Shown piece after piece: positions 42,501-60,500 of a stretch of 64,000 bases of DNA. Both the position numbers and the translations under genes were made by a program. This stretch comes from Eledone cirrhosa (Eukaryota). The stretch covers positions 15,190,001-15,254,000 of the forward strand of contig OZ024741.1 of assembly GCA_964016885.1 (NCBI GenBank). The letters are read 5' to 3'. How positions within the stretch are numbered: the first letter of the stretch is position 1; every line of letters starts with the position of its first letter. Below the pieces are notes generated by a model. That model was given only the letters and a program-made list of their open reading frames with translations, was not told the origin of the DNA and did not search any database.

Positions 42501-45500
42501 TGGATAATATGACACTGGAGAATATGACACTGGAGAATATGACACTGGAGAATATGATAATGCATAATATGACAGTGGAGAATATGACACTGGAGAATAT
42601 GACACTGGATAATATGACACTGGAGAATATGACAATAGAAAATATGACACTGGATAATATGAGACTGGATAATATGACACTTGAGAATATGACACTGGAT
42701 AAAATGACACTGGATAATATGACAGTAGAAGATATAACAATGGAGAATATGACACTGGAGAATATGACACTGGAGAATATGACACTGGATAATATGACAC
42801 TAGATAATATGACACTGGATAATATGACACTAGATAATATGACACTGGATAATATGACACTGGAGAATATGACACTAGATAATATGACACTGGAGGATAT
42901 GACACTAGATAATATGACACTAGATAATATGACACTGGAGAATATGACACTGGAGAATATGACACTGGAGAATATGATAATGCATAATATGACAGTGGAG
43001 AATATGACACTGGAGAATATGACACTGGATAATATGACACTGGAGAATATGACACTGGAGAATATGACACTAGATAATATGACACTGGAGAATATGACAC
43101 TGGAGAATATGAAACTGGATAATATGACACTGGATAATATGACACTGGAGAATATGACACTAGATGATATGACACTGGAGAATATGACACTGGATAATTG
43201 GACACTAGATAATATGACACTGGAGAATATGACACTTGATAATATGACAGTAGATAATATAACACTGGAGAATATGAGACTGGAGAATATGACACTGGAT
43301 AATATGACACTGGAGAATATGACACGAGAGAATATGACACTGGAGAATATGACACTGGATAATATGACACTGGAGAAGATGACACTGGAGAATATGACAC
43401 TGGAGAATATGACACTGGAGAATATGACACTGCAGAATATGACACTAGGTAATATGACACTTGAGAATATGACAATAGATAATATGAGACTGGAGAATAT
43501 GACACGGGAGAATATGACACGAGAGAATATGACACTGGAGAATATGACACTGGATAATATGACACTAGATAATATGACACTGGAGAATATGACACGAGAG
43601 AATATGACACTGGATAATATGACAGTAGATAATATGACAGTGGAGAATATGACACTAGATAATATGACACTGGAAAATATGACACTGGAGAATATTTCAC
43701 TGGAGAATATGACACTAGAAAATATGACACTGGAGAATATTTCACTGGAGAATATGACACTAGAGAATATGACACTGGAGAATATGACACTAGATAATAT
43801 GACACTGGAGGATAGGACACTAGATAATATGACACTAGATAATATGACACTGGAGAATATGACACAGGATAATATGACACTAGATAATATGACACTGGAG
43901 GATATGACACTAGATAATATAACACTGGATAATATGACACTGGAGAATATGACGCTAGATAATATGACACTGGAGGATATGACACTGGAGAATATGACAC
44001 TGGATAATATGACACTGGAGAATATGACACTGGAGAATATGACACTGGAGAATATGATAATGCATAATATGACAGTGGATAATATGACACTGGAGAATAT
44101 GACACTGGATAATATGACACTGGAGAATATGACAATAGAAAATATGACACTGGATAATATGAGACTGGATAATATGACACTTGAGAATATGACACTGGAT
44201 AAAATGACACTGGATAATATGACAGTAGAAGATATAACAATGGAGAATATGACACTGGAGAATATGACACTGGAGAATATGACACTGGATAATATGACAC
44301 TAGATAATATGACACTGGATAATATGACACTAGATAATATGACACTGGATAATATGACACTGGAGAATATGACACTAGATAATATGACACTGGAGGATAT
44401 GACACTAGATAATATGACACTAGATAATATGACACTGGAGAATATGACACTGGAGAATATGACACTGGAGAATATGATAATGCATAATATGACAGTGGAG
44501 AATATGACACTGGAGAATATGACACTGGATAATATGACACTGGAGAATATGACACTGGAGAATATGACACTAGATAATATGACACTGGAGAATATGACAC
44601 TGGAGAATATGAAACTGGATAATATGACACTGGATAATATGACACTGGAGAATATGACACTAGATGATATGACACTGGAGAATATGACACTGGATAATTG
44701 GACACTAGATAATATGACACTGGAGAATATGACACTTGATAATATGACAGTAGATAATATAACACTGGAGAATATGAGACTGGAGAATATGACACTGGAT
44801 AATATGACACTGGAGAATATGACACGAGAGAATATGACACTGGAGAATATGACACTGGATAATATGACACTGGAGAAGATGACACTGGAGAATATGACAC
44901 TGGAGAATATGACACTGGAGAATATGACACTGCAGAATATGACACTAGGTAATATGACACTTGAGAATATGACAATAGATAATATGAGACTGGAGAATAT
45001 GACACTGGAGAATATGACACGAGAGAATATGACACTGGAGAATATGACACTGGATAATATGACACTAGATAATATGACACTGGAGAATATGACACGAGAG
45101 AATATGACACTGGATAATATGACAGTAGATAATATGACAGTGGAGAATATGACACTAGATAATATGACACTGGAAAATATGACACTGGAGAATATTTCAC
45201 TGGAGAATATGACACTAGAAAATATGACACTGGAGAATATGACACTGGATAATATGACACTGGATAATATGACACTAGATAATATGACACTGGATAATAT
45301 GACACTAGATAATATGACACTGGATAATATGACACTGGATAATATGACACTGGAGAATATGACACTGGAGAATATGACACTGGATAATATGACACTGGAG
45401 AATATGACAATAGAAAATATGACACTGGATAATATGAGACTGGATAATATGACACTGGAGAATATGACACTGGATAAAATGACACTGGATAATATGACAG

Positions 45501-48500
45501 TAGATGATATAACAATGGAGAATATGACACTGGAGGTTATGACATAGATAATATGACACTAGATAATATGACACTAGAGAATATGACACTGGAGAATATG
45601 ACACTAGATAATATGACACTGGAGGATAAGACACTAGATAATATGACACTAGATAATATGACACTGGAGAATATGACACAGGATAATATGACACTAGATA
45701 ATATGACACTGGAGGATATGACACTAGATAATATAACACTGGATAATATGACACTGGAGAATATGACACTAGATAATATGACACTGGAGGATATGACACT
45801 GGAGAATATGACACTGGATAATATGACACTGGAGAATATGACACTGGAGAATATGACACTGGAGAATATGATAATGCATAATATGACAGTGGAGAATATG
45901 ACACTGGAGAATATGACACTGGATAATATGACACTGGAGAATATGACACTGGAGAATATGACACTAGATAATATGACACTGGAGAATATGACAGTGGAGA
46001 ATATGACACTAGATAATATGACACTGGAGAATATGACACTGGAGAATATGACACTGGATAATATGACACTGGATAATATGACACTGGAGAATATGACACT
46101 AGATGATATGGCACTGGAGAATATGACACTGGATAATTGGACACTAGATAATATGACACTGGAGAATATGACACTTGATAATATGACAGTAGATAATATA
46201 ACACTGGAGAATATGACAGTAGATAATATGACAGTGGATAATATGACCCTAGATAATATGACACTGGATAATATGACACTGGATAATATGACACGAGATA
46301 ATATGACACTGGAGAATATGACACTGGAGAATATGACACTAGATAATATGACACTGGATAATATGACACTAGGTAATATGACACTGGAGAATATGACACT
46401 AGATAATATGACACTGGAGAATATGACACTGGAGAATATGACACTGGATAATATGACACTGGAGAATATGACACGAGAGAATATGACACTGGAGAATATG
46501 ACACTGGACAATATGACACTGGATAATATGACACTGGAGAATATGACACTGGAGAATATGACACTGGAGAATATGACACTGCAGAATATGACACTAGGTA
46601 ATATGACACTTGAGAATATGACACTAGATAATATGAGACTGGAGAATATGACACTGGAAAATATGACACTGGATAATATGATACTAGATAATATGACACT
46701 AGATAATATGACACTGCAGAATATGACACTGGAGAATATGACACTGGAGAATATGACACTGGAGAATATTACACTGGAGAATATGACAGTCGATAATATG
46801 ACACTGGAGAATATGACACTGGCGAATATGACACTGGATAATATGACACTGGAGAATATGACAGTAGATAATATGACACTAGATAATATGACGCTAGATA
46901 ATATGAGACTAGATAATATGACACTAGATAATATGACACTGGATAATATGACACTGCAGAATATGCCAGTAGATAATATGACACTAGATAATATGACAGT
47001 AGAAAATGTTGACACTAGATAATATGACACTAGATAATATGACAATGGAGAATATGACACTGGAGAATATGACACTGGAGAAAATGACAGTAGATAATAT
47101 GACACTGGAGAATATGACACTGGAGAATATGACAGTAGATAATATGACAGTAGATAACATGACAGTAGACAATTTTGACACTAGATAATATGACACTAGA
47201 TAATATGACACTAGATAATATGACACTGCAGAATATGACACTGGAGAATATGACACTAGATAATATGACACTGTAGAATATGACAATGGATAATATGACA
47301 GTAGATAATATGACACTGGAGAATATGACACTAGATAATATGACACTGGATAATATGACACTAGATAATATGACACTGGAGAATATGACACTAGATAATA
47401 TGACACTGGAGAACATGACACTAGATAATATGACACTGCAGAATATGACACTGGAGAATATGACACTGGAGAATATGACAGTTGATAATTTGACACTGGA
47501 GAATATGACGGTAGATAATATGACACTAGATAATATGACACTAGATAATATGACACTAGATAATATGACACTAGATAATATGGCACTGGATAATATGACA
47601 CTGTAGAATATGACACTGGAGAATATGACACTAGCTAATATGACACTGAAAAATATGACACTGGAGAATATGACACTGGAGAATATGACACTGGAGAATA
47701 TGACACTGGAGAATATGACACTGCAGAATATGACACTAGGTAATATGACACTTGAGAATATGACAATAGATAATATGAGACTGGAGAATATGACACTGGA
47801 GAATATGACACGAGAGAATATGACACTGGAGAATATGACACTGGATAATATGACACTAGATAATATGACACTGGAGAATATGACACGAGAGAATATGACA
47901 CTGGATAATATGACAGTAGATAATATGACAGTGGAGAATATGACACTAGATAATATGACACTGGAAAATATGACACTGGAGAATATTTCACTGGAGAATA
48001 TGACACTAGAAAATATGACACTGGAGAATATGACACTGGATAATATGACACTGGATAATATGACACTAGATAATATGACACTGGATAATATGACACTAGA
48101 TAATATGACACTGGATAATATGACACTGGATAATATGACACTGGAGAATATGACACAGGAGAATATGACACTGGAGTATATGACAGTAGATAATATGACA
48201 CTGGAGAATATGACACTGGAGAATATGACACTGGATAATATGACACTGGAGAATATGACAATAGAAAATATGACACTGGATAATATGAGACTGGATAATA
48301 TGACACTGGAGAATATGACACTGTATAAAATGACACTGGATAATATGACAGTAGATGATATAACAATGGAGAATATGACACTGGAGGTTATGACATAGAT
48401 AATATGACACTAGATAATATGACACTAGAGAATATGACACTGGAGAATATGACACTAGATAATATGACACTGGAGGATAGGACACTAGATAATATGACAC

Positions 48501-51500
48501 TAGATAATATGACACTGGAGAATATGACACAGGATAATATGACACTAGATAATATGACACTGGAGGATATGACAGTAGATAATATGACACTGGAGGATAT
48601 GACACTGGAGAATATGACACTGGATAATATGACACTGGAGAATATGACACTGGAGAATATGATAATGCATAATATGACAGTGGAGAATATGACACTGGAG
48701 AATATGACACTGGATAATATGACACTGGAGAATATGACACTGGAGAATATGACACTAGATAATATGACACTGGAGAATATGACCCTGGAGAATATGACAC
48801 TAGATAATATGACACTGGAGAATATGACACTGGAGAATATGACACTGGATAATATGACACTGGATAATATGACACTGGAGAATATGACACTAGATGATAT
48901 GGCACTGGAGAATATGACACTGGATAATTGGACACTAGATAATATGACACTGGAGAATATGACACTTGATAATATGACAGTAGATAATATAACACTGGAG
49001 AATATGACAGTAGATAATATGACAGTGGATAATATGACCCTAGATAATATGACACTGGATAATATGACACTGGATAATATGACACGAGATAATATGACAC
49101 TGGAGAATATGACACTGGAGAATATGACACTAGATAATATGACACTGGATAATATGACACTAGGTAATATGACACTGGAGAATATGACACTAGATAATAT
49201 GACACTGGAGAATATGACACTGGGGAATATGACACTGGATAATATGACACTGGAGAATATGACACGAGAGAATATGACACTGGAGAATATGACACTGGAC
49301 AATATGACACTGGATAATATGACACTGGAGAATATGACACTGGAGAATATGACACTGGAGAATATGACACTGCAGAATATGACACTAGGTAATATGACAC
49401 TTGAGAATATGACACTAGATAATATGAGACTGGAGAATATGACACTGGAAAATAATGACACTGGATAATATGATACTAGATAATATGACACTAGATAATA
49501 TGACACTGCAGAATATGACACTGGAGAATATGACACTGGAGAATATGACACTGGAGAATATTACACTGGAGAATATGACAGTCGATAATATGACACTGGA
49601 GAATATGACACTGGCGAATATGACACTGGATAATATGACACTGGAGAATATGACAGTAGATAATATGACACTAGATAATATGACGCTAGATAATATGACA
49701 CTAGATAATATGACACTAGATAATATGACACTGGATAATATGACACTGCAGAATATGCCAGTAGATAATATGACACTAGATAATATGACAGTAGAAAATG
49801 TTGACACTAGATAATATGACACTAGATAATATGACAATGGAGAATATGACACTGGAGAATATGACACTGGAGAAAATGACAGTAGATAATATGACACTGG
49901 AGAATATGACACTGGAGAATATGACAGTAGATAATATGACACTAGATAACATGACAGTAGACAATTTTGACACTAGATAATATGACACTAGATAATATGA
50001 CACTAGATAATATGACACTAGATAATATGACACTGCAGATTATGACACTGCAGATTATGACACTGGAGAATATGACACTAGATAATATGACACTGTAGAA
50101 TATGACAATGGATAATATGACAGTAGATAATATGACACTGGAGAATATGACACTAGATAATATGACACTGGATAATATGACACTAGATAATATGACACTG
50201 GAGAATATGACACTAGATAATATGACACTGGAGAACATGACACTAGATAATATGACACTGCAGAATATGACACTGGAGAATATGACACTGGAGAATATGA
50301 CAGTTGATAATAGGACACTGGAGAATATGACACTGGATAATTTGACACTGGAGAATATGACAGTAGATAATATGACACTAGATAATATGACACTAGATAA
50401 TATGACACTAGATAATATGGCACTGGATAATATGACACTGTAGAATATGAAACTGGAGAATATGACAGTAGATAATATGACACTAGATAACATGAGAGTA
50501 GAAAATCTTGACACTAGATAATATGACACTAGATAATATGACACTAGATAATATGACACTGCAGAATATGACACTGGAGAATATGACAGTAGATAATATG
50601 ACACTGGAGAATATGACACTGGAGAATATGACACTGGATAATATGACACTAGATAATATAACACAGGAGAATATGACACGAGAGAATATGACACTGGAGA
50701 ATATGACACTAGCTAATATGACACTGAAAAATATGACACTGGAGAATATGACACTGGAGAATATGACAATGGAAAATATGACACTGGAGAATATGACACT
50801 GCAAAATATGACACTGGAGAATATGACACTGGATAATATGACACTGCATAATATGACAGTGGGGAATATGACACTGGAGAATATGACACTGGAGAATATG
50901 ACAGTAGATAATATGACACTGGAGAATATGACACTGGAGAATATGACACTGGAGAATATGACACTGGAGAATATGACACTGGATAATATGACACTGGAGA
51001 ATATGACACTGGAGAATATGACACTGGATAATATGACACTGGAGAATATGACACGAGAGAATATGACACTGGAGAATATGACACTGGAGAATATGACACT
51101 GGAGAATATGACACTGGATAATATGACACTGGAGAATATGACACGAGAGAATATGACACTGGAGAATATGACACTGGACAATATGACACTGGATAATATG
51201 ACACTGGAGAATATGACACTGGAGAATATGACACTGGAGAATATGACACTGCAGAATATGACACTAGGTAATATGACACTTGAGAATATGACACTAGATA
51301 ATATGAGACTGGAGAATATGACACTGGAAAATATGACACTGGATAATATGATACTAGATAATATGACACTAGATAATATGACACTGCAGAATATGACACT
51401 GGAGAATATGACACTGGAGAATATGACACTGGAGAATATTACACTGGAGAATATGACAGTCGATAATATGACACTGGAGAATATGACACTGGCGAATATG

Positions 51501-54500
51501 ACACTGGATAATATGACACTGGAGAATATGACAGTAGATAATATGACACTAGATAATATGACGCTAGATAATATGAGACTAGATAATATGACACTAGATA
51601 ATATGACACTGGATAATATGACACTGCAGAATATGCCAGTAGATAATATGACACTAGATAATATGACAGTAGAAAATGTTGACACTAGATAATATGACAC
51701 TAGATAATATGACAATGGAGAATATGACACTGGAGAATATGACACTGGAGAAAATGACAGTAGATAATATGACACTGGAGAATATGACACTGGAGAATAT
51801 GACAGTAGATAATATGACAGTAGATAACATGACAGTAGACAATTTTGACACTAGATAATATGACACTAGATAATATGACACTAGATAATATGACACTGCA
51901 GAATATGACACTGGAGAATATGACACTAGATAATATGACACTGTAGAATATGACAATGGATAATATGACAGTAGATAATATGACACTGGAGAATATGACA
52001 CTAGATAATATGACACTGGATAATATGACACTAGATAATATGACACTGGAGAATATGACACTAGATAATATGACACTGGAGAACATGACACTAGATAATA
52101 TGACACTGCAGAATATGACACTGGAGAATATGACACTGGAGAATATGACAGTTGATAATAGGACACTGGAGAATATGACACTGGATAATTTGACACTGGA
52201 GAATATGACGGTAGATAATATGACACTAGATAATATGACACTAGATAATATGACACTAGATAATATGACACTAGATAATATGGCACTGGATAATATGACA
52301 CTGTAGAATATGACACTGGAGAATATGACAGTAGATAATATGACACTAGATAACATGAGAGTAGAAAATCTTGACACTAGATAATATGACACTAGATAAT
52401 ATGACACTAGATAATATGACACTGCAGAATATGACACTGGAGAATATGACAGTAGATAATATGACACTGGAGAATATGACACTGGAGAATATGACACTGG
52501 ATAATATGACACTAGATAATATAACACAGGAGAATATGACACGAGAGAATATGACACTGGAGAATATGACACTAGCTAATATGACACTGAAAAATATGAC
52601 ACTGGAGAATATGACACTGGAGAATATGACACTGGAGAATATGACACTGGAGAATATGACACTGCAGAATATGACACTAGGTAATATGACACTTGAGAAT
52701 ATGACAATAGATAATATGAGACTGGAGAATATGACACTGGAGAATATGACACGAGAGAATATGACACTGGAGAATATGACACTGGATAATATGACACTAG
52801 ATAATATGACACTGGAGAATATGACACGAGAGAATATGACACTGGATAATATGACAGTAGATAATATGACAGTGGAGAATATGACACTAGATAATATGAC
52901 ACTGGAAAATATGACACTGGAGAATATTTCACTGGAGAATATGACACTAGAAAATATGACACTGGAGAATATGACACTGGATAATATGACACTGGATAAT
53001 ATGACACTAGATAATATGACACTGGATAATATGACACTAGATAATATGACACTGGATAATATGACACTGGATAATATGACACTGGAGAATATGACACAGG
53101 AGAATATGACACTGGAGTATATGACAGTAGATAATATGACACTGGAGAATATGACACTGGAGAATATGACACTGGATAATATGACACTGGAGAATATGAC
53201 AATAGAAAATATGACACTGGATAATATGAGACTGGATAATATGACACTGGAGAATATGACACTGGATAAAATGACACTGGATAATATGACAGTAGATGAT
53301 ATAACAATGGAGAATATGACACTGGAGGTTATGACATAGATAATATGACACTAGATAATATGACACTAGAGAATATGACACTGGAGAATATGACACTAGA
53401 TAATATGACACTGGAGGATAGGACACTAGATAATATGACACTAGATAATATGACACTGGAGAATATGACACAGGATAATATGACACTAGATAATATGACA
53501 CTGGAGGATATGACACTAGATAATATGACACTGGAGGATATGACACTGGAGAATATGACACTGGATAATATGACACTGGAGAATATGACACTGGAGAATA
53601 TGATAATGCATAATATGACAGTGGAGAATATGACACTGGAGAATATGACACTGGATAATATGACACTGGAGAATATGACACTGGAGAATATGACACTAGA
53701 TAATATGACACTGGAGAATATGACCCTGGAGAATATGACACTAGATAATATGACACTGGAGAATATGACACTGGAGAATATGACACTGGATAATATGACA
53801 CTGGATAATATGACACTGGAGAATATGACACTAGATGATATGGCACTGGAGAATATGACACTGGATAATTGGACACTAGATAATATGACACTGGAGAATA
53901 TGACACTTGATAATATGACAGTAGATAATATAACACTGGAGAATATGACAGTAGATAATATGACAGTGGATAATATGACCCTAGATAATATGACACTGGA
54001 TAATATGACACTGGATAATATGACACGAGATAATATGACACTGGAGAATATGACACTGGAGAATATGACACTAGATAATATGACACTGGATAATATGACA
54101 CTAGGTAATATGACACTGGAGAATATGACACTAGATAATATGACACTGGAGAATATGACACTGGGGAATATGACACTGGATAATATGACACTGGAGAATA
54201 TGACACGAGAGAATATGACACTGGAGAATATGACACTGGACAATATGACACTGGATAATATGACACTGGAGAATATGACACTGGAGAATATGACACTGGA
54301 GAATATGACACTGCAGAATATGACACTAGGTAATATGACACTTGAGAATATGACACTAGATAATATGAGACTGGAGAATATGACACTGGAAAATATGACA
54401 CTGGATAATATGATACTAGATAATATGACACTAGATAATATGACACTGCAGAATATGACACTGGAGAATATGACACTGGAGAATATGACACTGGAGAATA

Positions 54501-57500
54501 TTACACTGGAGAATATGACAGTCGATAATATGACACTGGAGAATATGACACTGGCGAATATGACACTGGATAATATGACACTGGAGAATATGACAGTAGA
54601 TAATATGACACTAGATAATATGACGCTAGATAATATGACACTAGATAATATGACACTAGATAATATGACACTGGATTATATGACACTGCAGAATATGCCA
54701 GTAGATAATATGACACTAGATAATATGACAGTAGAAAATGTTGACACTAGATAATATGACACTAGATAATATGACAATGGAGAATATGACACTGGAGAAT
54801 ATGACACTGGAGAAAATGACAGTAGATAATATGACACTGGAGAATATGACACTGGAGAATATGACAGTAGATAATATGACACTAGATAACATGACAGTAG
54901 ACAATTTTGACACTAGATAATATGACACTAGATAATATGACACTAGATAATATGACACTAGATAATATGACACTGCAGATTATGACACTGCAGATTATGA
55001 CACTGGAGAATATGACACTAGATAATATGACACTGTAGAATATGACAATGGATAATATGACAGTAGATAATATGACACTGGAGAATATGACACTAGATAA
55101 TATGACACTGGATAATATGACACTAGATAATATGACACTGGAGAATATGACACTAGATAATATGACACTGGAGAACATGACACTAGATAATATGACACTG
55201 CAGAATATGACACTGGAGAATATGACACTGGAGAATATGACAGTTGATAATAGGACACTGGAGAATATGACACTGGATAATTTGACACTGGAGAATATGA
55301 CAGTAGATAATATGACACTAGATAATATGACACTAGATAATATGACACTAGATAATATGGCACTGGATAATATGACACTGTAGAATATGACACTGGAGAA
55401 TATGACAGTAGATAATATGACACTAGATAACATGAGAGTAGAAAATCTTGACACTAGATAATATGACACTAGATAATATGACACTAGATAATATGACACT
55501 GCAGAATATGACACTGGAGAATATGACAGTAGATAATATGACACTGGAGAATATGACACTGGAGAATATGACACTGGATAATATGACACTAGATAATATA
55601 ACACAGGAGAATATGACACGAGAGAATATGACACTGGAGAATATGACACTAGCTAATATGACACTGAAAAATATGACACTGGAGAATATGACACTGGAGA
55701 ATATGACAATGGAAAATATGACACTGGAGAATATGACACTGCAAAATATGACACTGGAGAATATGACACTGGATAATATGACACTGCATAATATGACAGT
55801 GGGGAATATGACACTGGAGAATATGACACTGGAGAATATGACAGTAGATAATATGACACTGGAGAATATGACACTGGAGAATATGACACTGGAGAATATG
55901 ACACTGGAGAATATGACACTGGATAATATGAGACTGGAGAATATGAAACTAGATAATATGACACAAGAAAATATGAAACTGGAGAATTTGACACTGGATA
56001 TTATGACACTGGAGAATATGACACTGGATAATATGACACTTGATAATATGACACTGTATATTATGATACTGGATAATATGACACTGGATAATATGACACT
56101 GGAGAATGTGACACTGTTTAATATGACACTGGATAATATGACACTGGATAATATGACACTGGAGAATATGACACTGAAGAATATGACACTGGTGAATATG
56201 ACACTAGATAATATGACACTTGAGAAATTGTCACTGGAGAATGTGACACTGGAGAATATGACACTAGATAATATGACACTGGAGAATATGGCACTAGATA
56301 ATATGACACTAAATAATATGACACTAGACAATATCACACTGGAGAATATGACACTGGATAATATGACACTAGATAATATGACACTGGAGAATATGACGTT
56401 GTAGAATATGACACTGGATAATATGACACTGGATAATATGACACTGTAGAATATGACAGTAGATAATATGACACTGGAGAATATAACAATGGAGGATATG
56501 AGACTAGACAATATGACACTAGATAATATGACACTGGAGAATATGACACTGGAGAATATGACACTAGATAATATGACACTGTGGAATATGACACTGGAGA
56601 ATATGACACTGGATAATATGACACTGGAGAATATGACACTGGAGAATATGACACTAGATAATATGACATTGGAGAATATGACACTAGATAATATGACACT
56701 CGAGAATATGACACTAGATAATATGACAGTAGATAATATGACACTGGAGAACATGACACTAGATAATATGACACTGGATAATATGACACTGGAGAATATG
56801 ACACTAGATAATATGACATTGCAGAATATGACACTGGATAATATGACACTGGAGAATATGACAGTAGATAATATGACACTGGAGAATATGACACTGGAGA
56901 ATATGACACTGGAGAATTTGACAGTAGATAATATGACAGTAGATAATATGACACTAGATAATATGACACTAGATAATATGACACTGGATATTATGACACT
57001 GTAGAATATGACACTGGAGATTATGACATTAGAGAATATGACACTAGATAATATGACAGTAGAACATTTTGACACTAGATAATATGACACTAGATAATAT
57101 GACACTGCAGAATATGACACTGGAGAATATGACACTGGAGAATATGACAGTAGATAATATGACACTGGATAATATGACACTGGAGAATATGACACTGGAT
57201 AATATGATACTAGATAATATAACACTGGAGAATATGACACGAGAGAATATGACACTGGAGAATATGACACTAGCTAATATGTCACTGGAAAATATGACAC
57301 TGGAGAATAAGACACTGGAGAATATGACACTAGAAAATATGACACTGGAGAATATGACACTGCAGTATATGACACTGGATAATATGACACTAGATAATAT
57401 GACACTGGAGAATATGACACTGGGGAATATGACATTGGATAATATGACACTGGAGAATATGACACTGGAGAATATGACACTGGATAATATGACACTGGAG

Positions 57501-60500
57501 AATATGACAGTAGATAATATGACACTGGATAATATGACACTGGAGAATATGACACTGTATAATATGACACAGGATAATATGAAACTGGATATTATGACAC
57601 TGGATAATATGACACTGGATAATATGACAATGGAGAATATGACACTGGATAATATGACACTGGATATTATGACACTGGAAAATATGACACTGGATAATAT
57701 GACACTGGATAATATGACACTGGATAATATGATACTGGATAATATGACCCTAGATAATATGACACTGCTGAATATGACACTGGAGAATATGACACTGGAT
57801 AATATGACACTAGATAATATGACACTGGAGAATATGACACTAGACAATATGACACTGGAGAATATGTCACTGGATAATATGACACTAGATAATATGACAC
57901 TGGAGAATATGACACTGTAGAATATGACACCGCATAATATGATACTGGATAATATGACACTGGAGAATATGACAGTAGATAATATGACACTGGAGAATAT
58001 GACAATGGAGGATATCACACTAGACAATATGACACTAGATAATATGACACTGGAGAATATGACACGAGAGAACATGACACTAGGTAATATGACACTAGAT
58101 AATATGACAGTAGATAATATGACACTGGATAATATGACACTAGATAATATGACACTAGAGAATATGACACTGGATAATATGACACTGGATAATATGACAC
58201 TGGAGAATATGACACTGGATAATATGACACTAGATAATCTGACACTGGAGGATATGACACTGGATAATATGACACTGGATAATATGACACTAGATAATAT
58301 GACAGTGGATAATATGACACTAGATAATATGACACTGGATAATATGACACTAGATAATATGACACTGGATAATATGACACTGGATAATATGACACTGGAT
58401 AATATGATACTGGATAATATGACCCTAGACAATATGATACTGGAGAATATGACACTGGAGAATATGACACTGGATAATATGACACTAGATAATATGACAC
58501 TGGACAATATGACACTAGACAATATGACACTGGATAATATGACACTGGATAATATGACACTGGATAATATGACACTGGATAATATGACACTGGATAATAT
58601 GATACTGGATAATATGACCCTAGATAATATGATACTGGAGAATATGACACTGGAGAATATGACACTGGATAATATGACACTAGATAATATGACACTGGAG
58701 AATATGACACTAGACAATATGACACTGGAGAATATGTCACTGGATAATATGACATTAGATAATATGACACTGGAGAATATGACACTGTAGAATATGACAC
58801 AGGATAATATGACACTGGATAATATGACACTGGATAATATGACACTAGATAATCTGACACTGGAGAATATGACACGAGAGAATATGACACTGGAGAATAA
58901 GACACTAGATAATATGACACTGGAGAATATGACACTAGATAATATGACACTAGATAATCTGACACTGGAGGATATGACACTGGATAATATGACACTGGAT
59001 AATATGACACTAGATAATATGACACTGGAGAATGTGACATTAGATAATCTGACACTGGAGAATATGACACTAAATAATATGACACTGGAGAATATGACAC
59101 TAGATAATATGACACTGGAGAATATGATACTAGGTAATATGACACTGCAGAATATGACACTGGAGAATATGACACTGGAGAATATGACACTGGAGAATAT
59201 GATACTAGCTAATATGACACCGGAAAATATGACACTGGAGAATAAGACACTGGAGAATATGACACTAGAAAATATGACACTGGAGAATATGACACTGCAG
59301 TATATTACACTGGATAATATGACACTAGATAATATGACACTGGAGAATATGACACTGGGGAATATGACACTGGATAATATGACACTGGAGAATATGACAC
59401 TGGAGAATATGACACTGGATAATATAACACTGGAGAATATGACAGTAGATAATATGACACTGGAAAATATCCCACTGGAGAATATGACACTGGTTACTAT
59501 GACACTGGAAAATATGACACTGGATAATATGACACTGGAGAATATGACACTGTATGATATGACACTGGATAATATGACACTGGATAATATGATACTGGAT
59601 ATTATGACACTGGATAATATGATGCTGGATAATATGACAGTGGAGAATATGACACTGGATTATATGACACTGGATATTATGACACTGGAAAATATGACAC
59701 TGGATAATATGACACTGGATAATATGACACTGGATAATATGACACTGGATAATATGACACTAGATAATATGACACTGGATAATATGACACTGGATAATAT
59801 GACACTGGATAATATGATACTGGATAATATGACCCTAGACAATATGATACTGGAGAATATGACACTGGAGAATATGACACTGGATAATATGACACTAGAT
59901 AATATGACACTGGACAATATGACACTAGACAATATGACACTGGATAATATGACACTGGATAATATGACACTGGATAATATGACACTGGATAATATGACAC
60001 TGGATGATATGATACTGGATAATATGACCCTAGATAATATGATACTGGAGAATATGACACTGGAGAATATGACACTGGATAATATGACACTAGATAATAT
60101 GACACTGGAGAATATGACACTAGACAATATGACACTGGAGAATATGTCACTGGATAATATGACATTAGATAATATGACACTGGAGAATATGACACTGTAG
60201 AATATGACACAGGATAATATGACACTGGATAATATGACACTGGAGAATATGACAGTAGATAATATGACACTGGAGAATATGACAATGGAGGATATGACAC
60301 TAGACAATATGACACTAGATAATATGACACTGGGGAATATGACACTGGAGAATATGACACTGGATAATATGACACTGGATAATATGACACTGTAGAATAT
60401 GACACTGGATAATATGACACTAGATAATCTGACACTGGAGGATATGACACTGGATAATATGACACTGGATAATATGACACTAGATAATATGACACTGGAT

